Source: a virus (taxonomy: Duplodnaviria > Caudoviricetes). Taken from it: a stretch of DNA of 64,000 bases. The notes beneath the pieces are model-generated. The model worked only from the letters and a program-made list of their open reading frames with translations, did not search any database and had not been told where the DNA came from. Made by a program: the position numbers and the translations under genes. Positions 27,141 to 37,284 of the stretch are shown in pieces. The stretch lies in the IMG/VR virus record IMGVR_UViG_3300031420_000495, positions 32,001 through 96,000 of that record. One strand, written 5' to 3'. Each line of letters starts with the position of its first letter. The stretch's first letter is position 1.

Positions 27141-27682
27141 CGCTGGCGGTGTCTCAAAACTTCGGTGGAGGCAATGACTTCCCCATGGTCGGCAAGACCG
27201 TGGGTAAGAACAACCTTGGTTCCCTTTGGCAGATTGAACACATGCTTTTCGCGGGCGCCATTGTTACTGTAGGACGATTCGTTTTCGTCACCTTTGGTGG
27301 TCATTGACATCCATTTGAATCGCGTGTCAGAACGCGGGTAAGGTTCGTTCGTGAAACGGTAAAGGGTAGTATCTTTTTCCAATGGTGTTTCGCAGCTGTG
27401 CAGCACGGAATCGATTGTGTCACAGTTGAGACGGTATTTTCCATCAGGGCCTTTCATGCCATCGGAAACCCATTCGTCAAGTTCTTCTTCCCGTTCCTCT
27501 TCACTGGCGTTCATGTACCGTTTCACGCCTTCAAGAAACACTGGATCATCTGACCAGTCCTTCATACCGATCTGGAGGTATTCATAATTTAAGTACAGAA
27601 GTCTGCCCCATGCTTGGATCACAAACCTCTGAACCATGTTATAATTACCACCAGCCTCGTTGAGGATTTCATACAGTTTCAT
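27137..27682 (-). CDS. ADP-ribosyltransferase-like protein (R-S-E) with leader MKLYEILNEA
   Basis: LYR, WMSMTT, VFNLPKGTKV and HGEVI in ART order; own late promoter and SD AAGGA. Confidence 0.65.
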   Translation of the reverse strand: MKLYEILNEAGGNYNMVQRFVIQAWGRLLYLNYEYLQIGMKDWSDDPVFLEGVKRYMNASEEEREEELDEWVSDGMKGPDGKYRLNCDTIDSVLHSCETPLEKDTTLYRFTNEPYPRSDTRFKWMSMTTKGDENESSYSNNGAREKHVFNLPKGTKVVLTHGLADHGEVIASTEVLRHRQR

Positions 27683-27705
27683 AACGTTCCTTTTTAAGAA
27701 TCCAG

Positions 27706-27713
27706 TATTTATG
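27706..27713 (-). promoter_or_regulatory. Late promoter CATAAATA
   Basis: 24 nt upstream of ATG 27682; overlaps the ATG of the divergent gene at 27711. Confidence 0.65.
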
Positions 27714-28088
27714 AAGAACATCTATCCAATCTATCTGCCGGACCGTACGGCTCGTGATCTTGTGCAACGGTTTGCACACGCGGAATACGAAGAAAATACC
27801 CGTTACCATTCTCACAGTTACCGGTACGAGTTCTCCGCCAATGTACTCGAATCCGGCGACGTCGAACTCCGTGTGTGGTATTCCTTCGACGAAGGTTACG
27901 TGATGGGCTCCGGCAATGCGTTCACCAAGACCGTCCGCCCGTACAACGATGCAGACCTGTTGGCCATCAAGCGCAACAAGATGATGCATCTCGCCGCTGC
28001 AGCTTACGAGGAATCGGAAGAGCAGAAGCGCATGAAGGCGATTCTCGCCACCGCAAAACAAATGTTTCCAAACGAGGAATTTCAATGA
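27711..28088 (+). CDS. Hypothetical protein (MKNIYPIY...)
   Basis: 125 aa; first of a coupled run of small genes. Confidence 0.7.
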   Translation: MKNIYPIYLPDRTARDLVQRFAHAEYEENTRYHSHSYRYEFSANVLESGDVELRVWYSFDEGYVMGSGNAFTKTVRPYNDADLLAIKRNKMMHLAAAAYEESEEQKRMKAILATAKQMFPNEEFQ

Positions 28089-28441
28089 GCATCAATGAAC
28101 CAACCCAAGAAGAACTTCGCCTCCGTGCCGCCAATGGTGTGGATTCCTACAAGACCGGCTACCGTCACGGGCTTGCCGAAAGCGAGCAAGAACTGGGTCT
28201 CGCCAGACTGACGATCGAACAGCTGAAGCAACGCATCAGCAATCAAGACGAGCACATCGCGCTGCTCGAAGCGACGGTCCTCCGTATCGGCGCCACCGTC
28301 GAAGAAGAAATTACCGACGAAAATGCACTGGGCTATCGTCCGCCGTGTTGCGACCATGGCAAGAGCGACAAGTGCTGCAACTACAACGAGGGCGAATGCG
28401 CGGCCGACGCTGAACTGCGTGCAATGGGACGCAGCAAATGA
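28085..28441 (+). CDS. Hypothetical coiled-coil protein with C-terminal Cys cluster
   Basis: MSINEPT...PPCCDHGKSDKCCNY; ATGA coupling. Confidence 0.7.
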   Translation: MSINEPTQEELRLRAANGVDSYKTGYRHGLAESEQELGLARLTIEQLKQRISNQDEHIALLEATVLRIGATVEEEITDENALGYRPPCCDHGKSDKCCNYNEGECAADAELRAMGRSK

Positions 28442-28644
28442 ACGTGCCACCAGTTCGCGGACTCCAAGTCTTCAAGCTCGTTGGCAAAGACGGCACACAA
28501 GACGTCTACGCCACCGTCATCGCAGAAAACCTCGAGCAGGCCGAAAAGCTTGTTACCCAGCAATGCTGGGGTTTCCGCCGCACACAAGGCGGACCAATCA
28601 CCAGCGCATGTTCGCCGCATGTGGTTTCAATTCACAAGCATTAA
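28438..28644 (+). CDS. Small hypothetical protein
   Basis: 68 aa; ATGA coupling. Confidence 0.6.
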   Translation: MNVPPVRGLQVFKLVGKDGTQDVYATVIAENLEQAEKLVTQQCWGFRRTQGGPITSACSPHVVSIHKH

Positions 28645-28648
28645 ACGC

Positions 28649-28699
28649 TGTGCATTCTCAGTGGTGTTGGGTATAATGAACCCATCAACCACGGAGAAT
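28649..28699 (+). promoter_or_regulatory. Early promoter (TGTGCA-17-TATAAT) inside an imperfect hairpin covering the SD
   Basis: -35 at 28649-28654, -10 at 28672-28677. ATTCTC.GTGGT pairs with ACCAC.GAGAAT. The downstream ccatcaacYacggag is shared with 26510-26524. Confidence 0.7.
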
Positions 28700-28703
28700 A
28701 CAA

Positions 28704-28892
28704 ATGTTCGCGATCCAAATCCACGGTGGCTTCATGATTAAAGATTTCATGCCTCAGTTCCGTAACTGCAGCGTCACCAACAACATCGCTGAAGCGAAGA
28801 AGTTCCCGACCGCCGGCGAAGCCAAGCAGTTCATCATCGACCACCACATGGAAGGCACGAACAAGAAAACGAACAAGGTCATTCCCGCGTAA
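28704..28892 (+). CDS. Small hypothetical protein (MFAIQIHGG...)
   Basis: 62 aa; SD GGAG. Confidence 0.7.
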   Translation: MFAIQIHGGFMIKDFMPQFRNCSVTNNIAEAKKFPTAGEAKQFIIDHHMEGTNKKTNKVIPA

Positions 28893-28928
28893 TTTCTTAT
28901 TTGTCAGCTAATGCTATAATAATTGCGT
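28893..28928 (+). repeat. Dispersed intergenic element, copy 2
   Basis: tttcttatttgtCAGCTAATGCTATaataattgcgt. Confidence 0.8.
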
Positions 28929-28968
28929 TTGCTGCTGAGTAACGCCAAAACGCGGAAACCTGCAATGT

Positions 28969-28976
28969 CATAAATA
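28969..28976 (+). promoter_or_regulatory. Late promoter CATAAATA
   Basis: Upstream of the giant gene at 29002. Confidence 0.75.
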
Positions 28977-29001
28977 GCTGATCCACCGATTAGCTAAGAT
29001 T

Positions 29002-32000
29002 ATGACAAAGAACACAGACTTCCGCTTGCCTTTCAATGACCTGACAAACTACGTTCCGCAGAATTTGCGGAACCCTGTCATTTCGTCTTTGATCGATAAC
29101 CTTTTCAATCGGTTCATGACTCATGACGAGAGTGTGCCGCTGTACGGTTATGTTGGCCGCAAGCCTGCCTCACCTGACGATCGTTCACCACGCGTTCCGC
29201 AACCAAGCGTTGAGCGCGACATCAATTCCATCGTGCCTGTGCTCAACTTCAAGTTGGGTCCAGATCGTTACGCATTCACAATCGAAGACCTGATCGCGAA
29301 GGCAGAAGCCATCGGCATCTCGCCTGGCTCATTGTCTTGGATGTATTCCCAGGGTAACAACTATCTGCCGCCGATCGACCTGGACAAGTTCACGAACTTC
29401 TTCAACTATTACTGGGTTGCCAAAGCATTGCCGGCTGTTCCATCATTGTCCTGGAATCCTACACTCGCGCCGGAATACTACACGATCGCTGCACCACTTC
29501 CAGCAGACCTGAACAAGCTGAACGTTGTTGCAGCATCAACAAAGAACACTGTGCTGACTGGTACTGGTTTCGGTAAGCTGTCGTTCCGTATCACATTCAC
29601 GTCGCCAACTGCGTTCACCATTACACCGATCGGTACGCTGGGCGCATATACGCCTATCGCGTCGTCATTCAACCTGACAACGAACAACGATCACTTCGCA
29701 TACCGTGTACAACAAGGCACAGATGTGAAAACTCTTCTGGAGTTCGACATCACCCGTGATGAAGTGTTTGACCAGTTCGGCAACAGCATTGGACTTTCCG
29801 GATTCGAAACCGGAGATGAATTCTACATCGATGTGCAGTTCCTCACCCGCAACTACACGCTGACCTTCAATGGTGCGCCTGGTGTCAAGGGCAAGTTGAC
29901 CCACATCAAGACGCTGAACGAATACCAGATCATCGACAATGTTCGCGTATCTGCTGGCGACCGTGTACTCATCAAGAGCAATTCGGTCACTGAAGACGGT
30001 ATCTACATTGTTTCCGCTGGTGAATGGAAACGTGCACCAGACTTCGATGGCGAAACCCGCGTTGCTGGCGCTCGTGTGTTCGACAAGAACCGTAACACGA
30101 TGTACGTCTCGATCGTCGGTGGCGGTGGGCTTGGTTTCAAAGTCGAAGGTACCGCTGGTGAAGCTGTGTCAAATACGAATCAATGGCAAGAAGGCAACTA
30201 CTGGGTTTCCGGTGAGAAGCTGGCTGACATGGGCCTTGCACGCTCGGACGTGGTCCAGGCGGTGCGCCCAATCATCGAATACGCTGGTGACCTTCAGCTG
30301 AACAGCTACGTGAAGAACGGTGTACCATCGGATTCCGGTTCGTCTTACAAACAAATCAAGACTGAATTCAACCAGCTTCCGATGTTCGACCTGTTCCGTT
30401 ACGATGGTTCGCACTCGGGTCTCGTCTCTTCTGTATTCTACTACGAAGAAGACCTGACTGCGGAACTCGATTTGAAACTGCAGAAGCGTGTCAAGAAGTC
30501 CACAAACGATTCCGCAGACTTCATCTTCAACCACGGTATGGCCGATGCTGATGGACAGTTGCTGTTCGTCAAACGTTCTGGCAAACTGAAAACTATCTGG
30601 CATGCTGGTTACTATGAGCCAACAATCGTTGATGTAACGTATGGTGGCGCTGGTAACGGAACTCTCGATGGCTTGAAAGCAATCGGGTTTGCTCAGCAAC
30701 AAGTCTGGACAATGGTTGCTGAAACACCAACTACATTCACAATCTCCGGCTCGAAGATGCCTGTGCTGCCATCGCCTTACAACAAGGTAACTGTTGGCAC
30801 ACTCTACAAGAACGGCGAACTCGAATTCACCATTCAGCCTGGTAACATTGCATTCACGCCTGGTGACAGCTTTGTGATCCGTGTTGCCAATATGGAATCT
30901 CCTCGCTACGTATACCGTGACGAGAACGATGGCATCTACGACCGTCTCGGTGGACCTGCAATGGACCCGAACGGCGAAGGCGCATGGCAGATTCCACGCA
31001 CATTCTACAACAACCCGTACAACGATTCCCGTTCGCCTGCACCAGAAGGTTCACTGTACTCCCACTTCCGTGGTATCCTGACGAACCAGGTTGAAGGTCA
31101 ACCTATCGATTATGCATTCGGCGGCAGCATCAAGCTCTGGAGCGAACAGCAAACTCTGTTGGCTTCGTTGTTGATGCAACGCGACATGACGCCTGTCTCT
31201 GTGATCGATTTGGCACAGCGCCAGTACGAAACCGCTCTGAACACCGTCAAAGACATTTACAACCAGCAGAAAGCCAAGTTCGGACCTGTCAAAACGTACG
31301 ATGATCTGGTGAAACTCTTTGACCTGATCCAGAGCATCCGTGCAAAGGACAATGATGTCCGCTCGGTCCTGTACGATTCGACCTCGCCTTTGGTTGGTTT
31401 CCCAGCAACGCTGCCGCAGCTGGGACTGGCTGAACTCGTTCAACCGACATTGGACTTCGATACTGTCCTTGGCCGCATGGTCCTGGTGCATCACGATGGC
31501 CACAAATCCCTGGTTGAAACCGATGACACCCTGAATTCCCTGATGCTCCTGGTCGAAACCCGACTCTATGAAGGCATCAACCCGAATGCTCGCAAGTACG
31601 ACTTCACTCAGCTGAAGAACGATCCGGAATACCAGGATCAGCTGAAGAAAGAACTGTTTGCGTTTGCAGCAATGAACGGCCTTGATCCACTGGGTTCGGA
31701 CTATGTTGCGACCGATCCATTCACCTGGAACTATTCGAAAGCGACTGGACTCCCGGCTGCAATGCCTGAAAAGATTCCAGGTCGTTGGCACGAACTCCTG
31801 AAGTCACATCAGGCAATGATTCAAGGCGTGATTCCGACAGAACGTCCGAACCTGGAACCGTGGAAGCTGATGGGTTATCCAACGTACGATGCATGGTGGG
31901 CAACTGTTCCTGCTGAGAAACGTGCGGCATACGTTGGCACGAAGTTCGATAATTCCTGGGTATCTGCTGGCGCTGTCAAGGCTGTGGATACCACGCCAGG

Positions 32001-35000
32001 CATCACGCCTCTCTTCGGTCTTCAAACAATTGATGGCGTGCAACTCGTTGCAGGCGATCGCGTGCTTCTGACAAATGAAACCGCGCCAGAGAACAATGGC
32101 ATCTGGGTTGCGGCTGCAAGCGGCTGGCAACGTGCTATGGGACTCCCGGCAAAATACCTGGTGACTGTGACGGCTGGCACACAACGTGGCGGAGTCTGGG
32201 GTAATACCGGTACGAACACCTTTGCGCAATCCCGTTCCTGGTCGAATCTTCTGTGGTCGGACATCCAGGCAGCGCGTCCTGGTCTTCGCCTGAGCGTCAA
32301 CACGGTGACGGATGAACTCCTGCCACCGTACGTCAACGCGAATGCTCAGTCTGCACAGAATGCACTGACGAACATTGTACCACAAGGAACCTCGCTTGGA
32401 TACAGTTTTGGCGATATGTCGCCAATCGAAACCGTCTGGTCGCGTTCGCTGGAATACGGTTACGCACGTGCTCGAGCACTGTTCCGTTACGATCCACTAG
32501 CATTCCTCGGATTCTGCTGGGGATTCAACTGGGTTGAGGTCGATGGTATCCTGTACGATGGCTTCGACATGTCGATGCCAGGACACAAACGGTTCCGACT
32601 GCATGGCGACCTGATCGCTCCGGTTGCCCGTACACCTATGACCGTGACCGGCAGCGGCACGGCTGTGGTGACGTACAATGCCTACGATAAGAATCGCAAG
32701 CAGAACTTCACCGTCACTCGTGATGGAAAAGTTCTTGGTTATGCGACCGTGGGAACACAGGCGGTCATCGGCGGTCTGACATTCACCATCAAGGATGAAG
32801 GTCATCCGTTCCGTATTGGCGACCGTTTCGAAATTACCGATACTTCAGCCATCTTCGTTCCAACGACGACCTACAAATACCTGGGCTTCGGTCAAGTATT
32901 CACCCACGCGCTTCGCGAAACCTCGATCGATACCGAATCCTCGTTCGCGGTATCTGCATTCCGTGACTGGGAAGTCAACATGGGTTATCGTGCTGGTGGC
33001 CTGGTTGCGACTGATGACCTGCAGGTTTACACCAACGAAGAAACTCTTTCGACGTCCGCGTACGATCTGTTGTTCAAGAAGAACCACATTGCCCGCAATG
33101 AATGGGTTCAAGCTCTTCGTATCAGCACCATTGACATGGGTCAAAAGGTCCAGATGGAAACCGGATTCGCACCGTTTGCACGTGGCGAAGACTGGGTGTT
33201 CCGTATCGAGGGTTACAACCCGCGTTATACCTCGATCACCTACTACGACATGGACCTAGCCGGGAACCCGATCGACTTCCATGCGCTTGGAAAAGCACAC
33301 AGCCAACGCGAATGGTATCACCCAACGCATATCAAGGGTACGGTCACAACTGATCTGCCATTGACAATCACCGGTGTCCAGAACGTTGTCAACTTCCTCT
33401 TCGGTTACTCGAAGTACCTGGAATCGCGTGGCTGGGAATTCAACCAGGATTGGGAATACAAGACTGATGCAGAGACCGGTCGCACTCGTAACTTCCAGCT
33501 GGAAATCGAGAAGTTCATCGACCGTTGCTACGCTGGTATTGAACTTGGCCAGGGTCACGTGGTCAACCCGTTCATCGACCGTGCTTGGTTTAACCAGGAT
33601 ACTGGTCTCCTGTCCGAGTTCATTGATACTTCGCTGTTCGATGTCACCGGTCACCCTGGTGTATTCGACGTTGTTGGTATGAAGTTCCACAAAGATGACC
33701 TGGACGTTGTGCGTACCAATGCACAAAGTTCTTTCGGTGCTGCGGCTCCGATGTTCTCGGCTCACATTCAGATCGATGACTTCGAGCACGTTTTCATCTT
33801 CAACAACTATTCCCAGCCTTCGACTGGTTCCGGACTCCTGTACGATCCATTCAGTGGCGCACGCGTTGTAACCTACAAGTTCAATGGTCGTAAACAAGCT
33901 ACCAACACGATGCGTCCTGAGTTTGGCGGACACTTCCTGGTCGGCAACGAGGTTCACCAGAACCTCCAGGCTTCGACGGATAACATCGCGAACCTGTACG
34001 ATGCGAACCATGCATTCGAGAATGAACTGACCACTCGTCATGCGCTGGCGCTGCTCGGCTTCAACCGCAAGGAATACTTCGATGACCTGGATATTTCTGA
34101 ACGCACCCAGTTCAACTTCTGGCGCGGTCTCATCCAGGCAAAGGGCACAAACCTTTCCATCGATGCGTACCTGAACAACAATCGTTTCGACGATGCGAAG
34201 ATCGACGAATACTGGGCTTACAAGCTGGCAGAGTACGGTGACGCGCGTCCTCGTGTTTACCCGGAACTGAAACTGTCTGTCAATGATGCGCTGACGCAAT
34301 TCACGCGCCTCCAGTTCGATGCGAAAGTTCCTGAGCCAGACTTTACCCAGGTCGATGTCTTCGACGAGGAACGTTGGTTCAGTATCGATGACATGAACCA
34401 GGCTGTGCACTTTGAGGCAGCAGATGCTGGTACATTCACCATCGATGCGGAAGTCGGCAAGGTCTACAAACTTCCGTTCGTGGCAGATGAACTGGTACCG
34501 GGACAGTTTACCAAGATCAATGCAACCACCATCAAGTCGACGACCGACGGGGTCCTGACTGTTCTTGGCAAGGGTCCTGCACGTCCTCGCTTCAACCCGG
34601 TGAAACTGTTCAACTATGTTGACAATGAACTGGTGGCAGAAATCCCTGTGTGGCATCCTGCCGCAGGCATCCACACGCCTGGTGCAATGGAAGGCATCAA
34701 CATCATTTCCGACCTGAACCCTGCGAAGTACAACTACTCGAAGCAGGTTGTGAACAACAACACCTACGATCCACTCCGTGCCTGGGGTAAGAACGAGGTT
34801 GGTCGCGTCTGGTTCGATACCCGTAACCTCGCTTACGTTCCTTACTACGATGCAACTATCTTCCCGAACCTGGACGAACGCCTGTCCCGTTGGGGTACGC
34901 TGGCTGACTATGCAACCGTCGATGTGTATGAGTGGACACAATCCAGTGTTCCGCCAAGCGAGTTCGATGCGCTGGCTCAGAAGCAAGCAGGTGATGCTGC

Positions 35001-37278
35001 GCTCGATCCTCAGACGAAAGCGGCAGGACAAGTTGCGCAGAAGCAAACGTATTCGCGTGAACGTCGTTGGGGAGTTCGCCCGATTGCTTGGTCATATTCC
35101 TCAGTTCCAACCGATGTCGACTGGGAAGCTACGCCACCAATGGCGGGCGGTTCGACCAATGCGAACCTGACACTTGCCAGCGGTCTTGCTATCCTGGATC
35201 GCGGTACATTTGCAGGTTACGGCATCACGGCTGGTATGCACCTCGGTGCGTGGAACAATGATCCGGCAAATCCGAAACCGCTGAGCGAATACCTGATCGA
35301 GGATCGTTTCTTGAAACTCATCATGGGCGAAAACGGCGGACAGTTCTCTCAGGCTAATGTCAACGACTACACCATAACGATCGATCTGCTGGCGCATACA
35401 GAATATGCCGGACAGTTTGATTTCTCGGCTGTGACCGTCCTGACCGAAGGAGAACTTCCAACGATCACGATGACGCACATCGATACCGACACTGCGGACA
35501 CCGAGCTGGTGACTGCGGACGACATCAACTTCGATGCTGGTCAATACACGATCATGTTCCCGGCATTCGGCATCCGTGTCAATGTTGCATCGAAGGGTAT
35601 TCGTCCATCGACAGACATGCTGGCAGCGATTGTCCAGGGTCTGGCAGATCACATCACGCTGCTCGATGCAGCGACTGTGACTCCTATTGTACCATCAGCT
35701 GACGTCGATTTGTCGAATGATGTTGTGCTGCAAACGAAGATTGCTGGTAAGACTGGTGCAACGTTCACTGCTACCTCGACGATTGTCCCGGGAACTATCA
35801 CGGTGTTTGTTGATGACAAAGTCACAACTGCGTATACCATCAACGGGAATACGTTGACCGTGCCGGCTCCAGTCAATGCCAAGGTCGATTTCGTGGTTCA
35901 CCAAGACCTGGAAGAGACACAGAATTCTCGTTACGGCTGGAGGGTTTGGAATGTTCCGACCCAGGCTGAACTGAACCGCGATGCGGAACCTCCGTTCTCG
36001 TCCTGGAAACCGTACGTTGGTGACTTCACCGAGCCGACAACCGTGGGCCTTGCAATGATCCAGGAAGCAGTTGAGTATGCGAAAGCACCGTTGACTCTTC
36101 GTAATGGCGAAGTCATCGAGCGATTCCAGACGACCTGGACCGAGTGGTCTGTCCTGCAAAACGTTGTTCTTTCTGCAACAGCAGAGGTAACGGGTCCTGT
36201 CACATTCACACACGATGTGGCAATGGAACCATCGCGCGTCTCGGTGTACGTCAACGGTATTGCCCAGCTGAAAGCTGCGTTCACCATCAATGGCAAAGTC
36301 CTGACCGTGAACAGCGTTCCAGCTGGTTCAGAAGCGACCGTAATCATTCGTAAATATGAGCCGACGATCAAAGAGCTCGCATTCGATCCTGACGTTGCAG
36401 AAGACCTCACGTTCCAGAAACAATACCAGCAAGACTACGAATACGTGGCAGTCCCTGTCCGCGACCGTGAAGGCGCGCTGACAACGACCCTGTATTACTT
36501 CTGGGTCAAGAACAAGACGACGCCTGCAGTTGGCAAGAAGCAATCTGTGCAAGCAATTGCACAAGAACTCCGTGAGGGTCCAGAGAACTTCCTGACATTC
36601 CAGAACATTTCTGATTCGGCTCCGTACTTCTACGATGCCATCACTATCTCTGGCCTGTCGTACATCGTGACGAAGGACAACACGTTCAAGCTGCGTTTCA
36701 CCAGGAACTTCACGCTCCGTGATGATCCGGAAGAGCTGAACCTGAAGAATGTTCACACTGAATGGGCGCTGATGCGCTTCGGCCAGAAGAGCAGGATTCC
36801 GGAAACGCTGTGGAACAAGCTGGTGGATTCTGTTGTTGGTATCGATCAGGCAGGCAACACTGTGCCTGCGATCCGCCGTGTTCTCTACGATGAACGCAAT
36901 GGAACCCGCACACAGTTCGGCTTCGGACCAGAACAAACGTTGGCGCCATCGGAATTGCTCAAATCGTCAATTGCCCATACTATCTTAAATACCAGGCTGA
37001 TCAACGAAAGCTCACCAACAGGCGCACCAGATTACATCACGTTCCTCGACCTCGATGAAAGTGACAAGTGGTTCGAGGATGCTGTGGCATCGCGTAAGAC
37101 CATGACGGACATCTGGAACCAGGCATCAGTGGCACAGGTGAATGAGATTTTCTTCGCCGCGCTTGATGACATATTGGCAAGCAACTACGAATTGTCTGAT
37201 ATTTTTAAGACATCTCGTATTTCCGCATATAGTATTAAGGTAGTAACCGGTTCACCGATTGCACCTACATTTGAATGA
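29002..37278 (+). CDS. Giant (2758 aa) baseplate wedge/tail structural protein
   Basis: Uninterrupted ORF in the baseplate block. N-terminal PIDLDKF.NF.NYYW, two GDRVL...ENGI...W.RA fibre-type modules, beta-rich repeats. Confidence 0.85.
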   Translation: MTKNTDFRLPFNDLTNYVPQNLRNPVISSLIDNLFNRFMTHDESVPLYGYVGRKPASPDDRSPRVPQPSVERDINSIVPVLNFKLGPDRYAFTIEDLIAKAEAIGISPGSLSWMYSQGNNYLPPIDLDKFTNFFNYYWVAKALPAVPSLSWNPTLAPEYYTIAAPLPADLNKLNVVAASTKNTVLTGTGFGKLSFRITFTSPTAFTITPIGTLGAYTPIASSFNLTTNNDHFAYRVQQGTDVKTLLEFDITRDEVFDQFGNSIGLSGFETGDEFYIDVQFLTRNYTLTFNGAPGVKGKLTHIKTLNEYQIIDNVRVSAGDRVLIKSNSVTEDGIYIVSAGEWKRAPDFDGETRVAGARVFDKNRNTMYVSIVGGGGLGFKVEGTAGEAVSNTNQWQEGNYWVSGEKLADMGLARSDVVQAVRPIIEYAGDLQLNSYVKNGVPSDSGSSYKQIKTEFNQLPMFDLFRYDGSHSGLVSSVFYYEEDLTAELDLKLQKRVKKSTNDSADFIFNHGMADADGQLLFVKRSGKLKTIWHAGYYEPTIVDVTYGGAGNGTLDGLKAIGFAQQQVWTMVAETPTTFTISGSKMPVLPSPYNKVTVGTLYKNGELEFTIQPGNIAFTPGDSFVIRVANMESPRYVYRDENDGIYDRLGGPAMDPNGEGAWQIPRTFYNNPYNDSRSPAPEGSLYSHFRGILTNQVEGQPIDYAFGGSIKLWSEQQTLLASLLMQRDMTPVSVIDLAQRQYETALNTVKDIYNQQKAKFGPVKTYDDLVKLFDLIQSIRAKDNDVRSVLYDSTSPLVGFPATLPQLGLAELVQPTLDFDTVLGRMVLVHHDGHKSLVETDDTLNSLMLLVETRLYEGINPNARKYDFTQLKNDPEYQDQLKKELFAFAAMNGLDPLGSDYVATDPFTWNYSKATGLPAAMPEKIPGRWHELLKSHQAMIQGVIPTERPNLEPWKLMGYPTYDAWWATVPAEKRAAYVGTKFDNSWVSAGAVKAVDTTPGITPLFGLQTIDGVQLVAGDRVLLTNETAPENNGIWVAAASGWQRAMGLPAKYLVTVTAGTQRGGVWGNTGTNTFAQSRSWSNLLWSDIQAARPGLRLSVNTVTDELLPPYVNANAQSAQNALTNIVPQGTSLGYSFGDMSPIETVWSRSLEYGYARARALFRYDPLAFLGFCWGFNWVEVDGILYDGFDMSMPGHKRFRLHGDLIAPVARTPMTVTGSGTAVVTYNAYDKNRKQNFTVTRDGKVLGYATVGTQAVIGGLTFTIKDEGHPFRIGDRFEITDTSAIFVPTTTYKYLGFGQVFTHALRETSIDTESSFAVSAFRDWEVNMGYRAGGLVATDDLQVYTNEETLSTSAYDLLFKKNHIARNEWVQALRISTIDMGQKVQMETGFAPFARGEDWVFRIEGYNPRYTSITYYDMDLAGNPIDFHALGKAHSQREWYHPTHIKGTVTTDLPLTITGVQNVVNFLFGYSKYLESRGWEFNQDWEYKTDAETGRTRNFQLEIEKFIDRCYAGIELGQGHVVNPFIDRAWFNQDTGLLSEFIDTSLFDVTGHPGVFDVVGMKFHKDDLDVVRTNAQSSFGAAAPMFSAHIQIDDFEHVFIFNNYSQPSTGSGLLYDPFSGARVVTYKFNGRKQATNTMRPEFGGHFLVGNEVHQNLQASTDNIANLYDANHAFENELTTRHALALLGFNRKEYFDDLDISERTQFNFWRGLIQAKGTNLSIDAYLNNNRFDDAKIDEYWAYKLAEYGDARPRVYPELKLSVNDALTQFTRLQFDAKVPEPDFTQVDVFDEERWFSIDDMNQAVHFEAADAGTFTIDAEVGKVYKLPFVADELVPGQFTKINATTIKSTTDGVLTVLGKGPARPRFNPVKLFNYVDNELVAEIPVWHPAAGIHTPGAMEGINIISDLNPAKYNYSKQVVNNNTYDPLRAWGKNEVGRVWFDTRNLAYVPYYDATIFPNLDERLSRWGTLADYATVDVYEWTQSSVPPSEFDALAQKQAGDAALDPQTKAAGQVAQKQTYSRERRWGVRPIAWSYSSVPTDVDWEATPPMAGGSTNANLTLASGLAILDRGTFAGYGITAGMHLGAWNNDPANPKPLSEYLIEDRFLKLIMGENGGQFSQANVNDYTITIDLLAHTEYAGQFDFSAVTVLTEGELPTITMTHIDTDTADTELVTADDINFDAGQYTIMFPAFGIRVNVASKGIRPSTDMLAAIVQGLADHITLLDAATVTPIVPSADVDLSNDVVLQTKIAGKTGATFTATSTIVPGTITVFVDDKVTTAYTINGNTLTVPAPVNAKVDFVVHQDLEETQNSRYGWRVWNVPTQAELNRDAEPPFSSWKPYVGDFTEPTTVGLAMIQEAVEYAKAPLTLRNGEVIERFQTTWTEWSVLQNVVLSATAEVTGPVTFTHDVAMEPSRVSVYVNGIAQLKAAFTINGKVLTVNSVPAGSEATVIIRKYEPTIKELAFDPDVAEDLTFQKQYQQDYEYVAVPVRDREGALTTTLYYFWVKNKTTPAVGKKQSVQAIAQELREGPENFLTFQNISDSAPYFYDAITISGLSYIVTKDNTFKLRFTRNFTLRDDPEELNLKNVHTEWALMRFGQKSRIPETLWNKLVDSVVGIDQAGNTVPAIRRVLYDERNGTRTQFGFGPEQTLAPSELLKSSIAHTILNTRLINESSPTGAPDYITFLDLDESDKWFEDAVASRKTMTDIWNQASVAQVNEIFFAALDDILASNYELSDIFKTSRISAYSIKVVTGSPIAPTFE

Positions 37279-37284
37279 TAAAAG

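Noticed and set aside
33256-35046. Long antisense ORFs (596 aa here; also 1860-3200, 19913-20968, 23207-24070, 39130-40146, 45323-46168 and many others)
   Set aside because: They are shadows of strongly codon-biased real genes on the opposite strand, with no SD, no motifs and unnatural composition.
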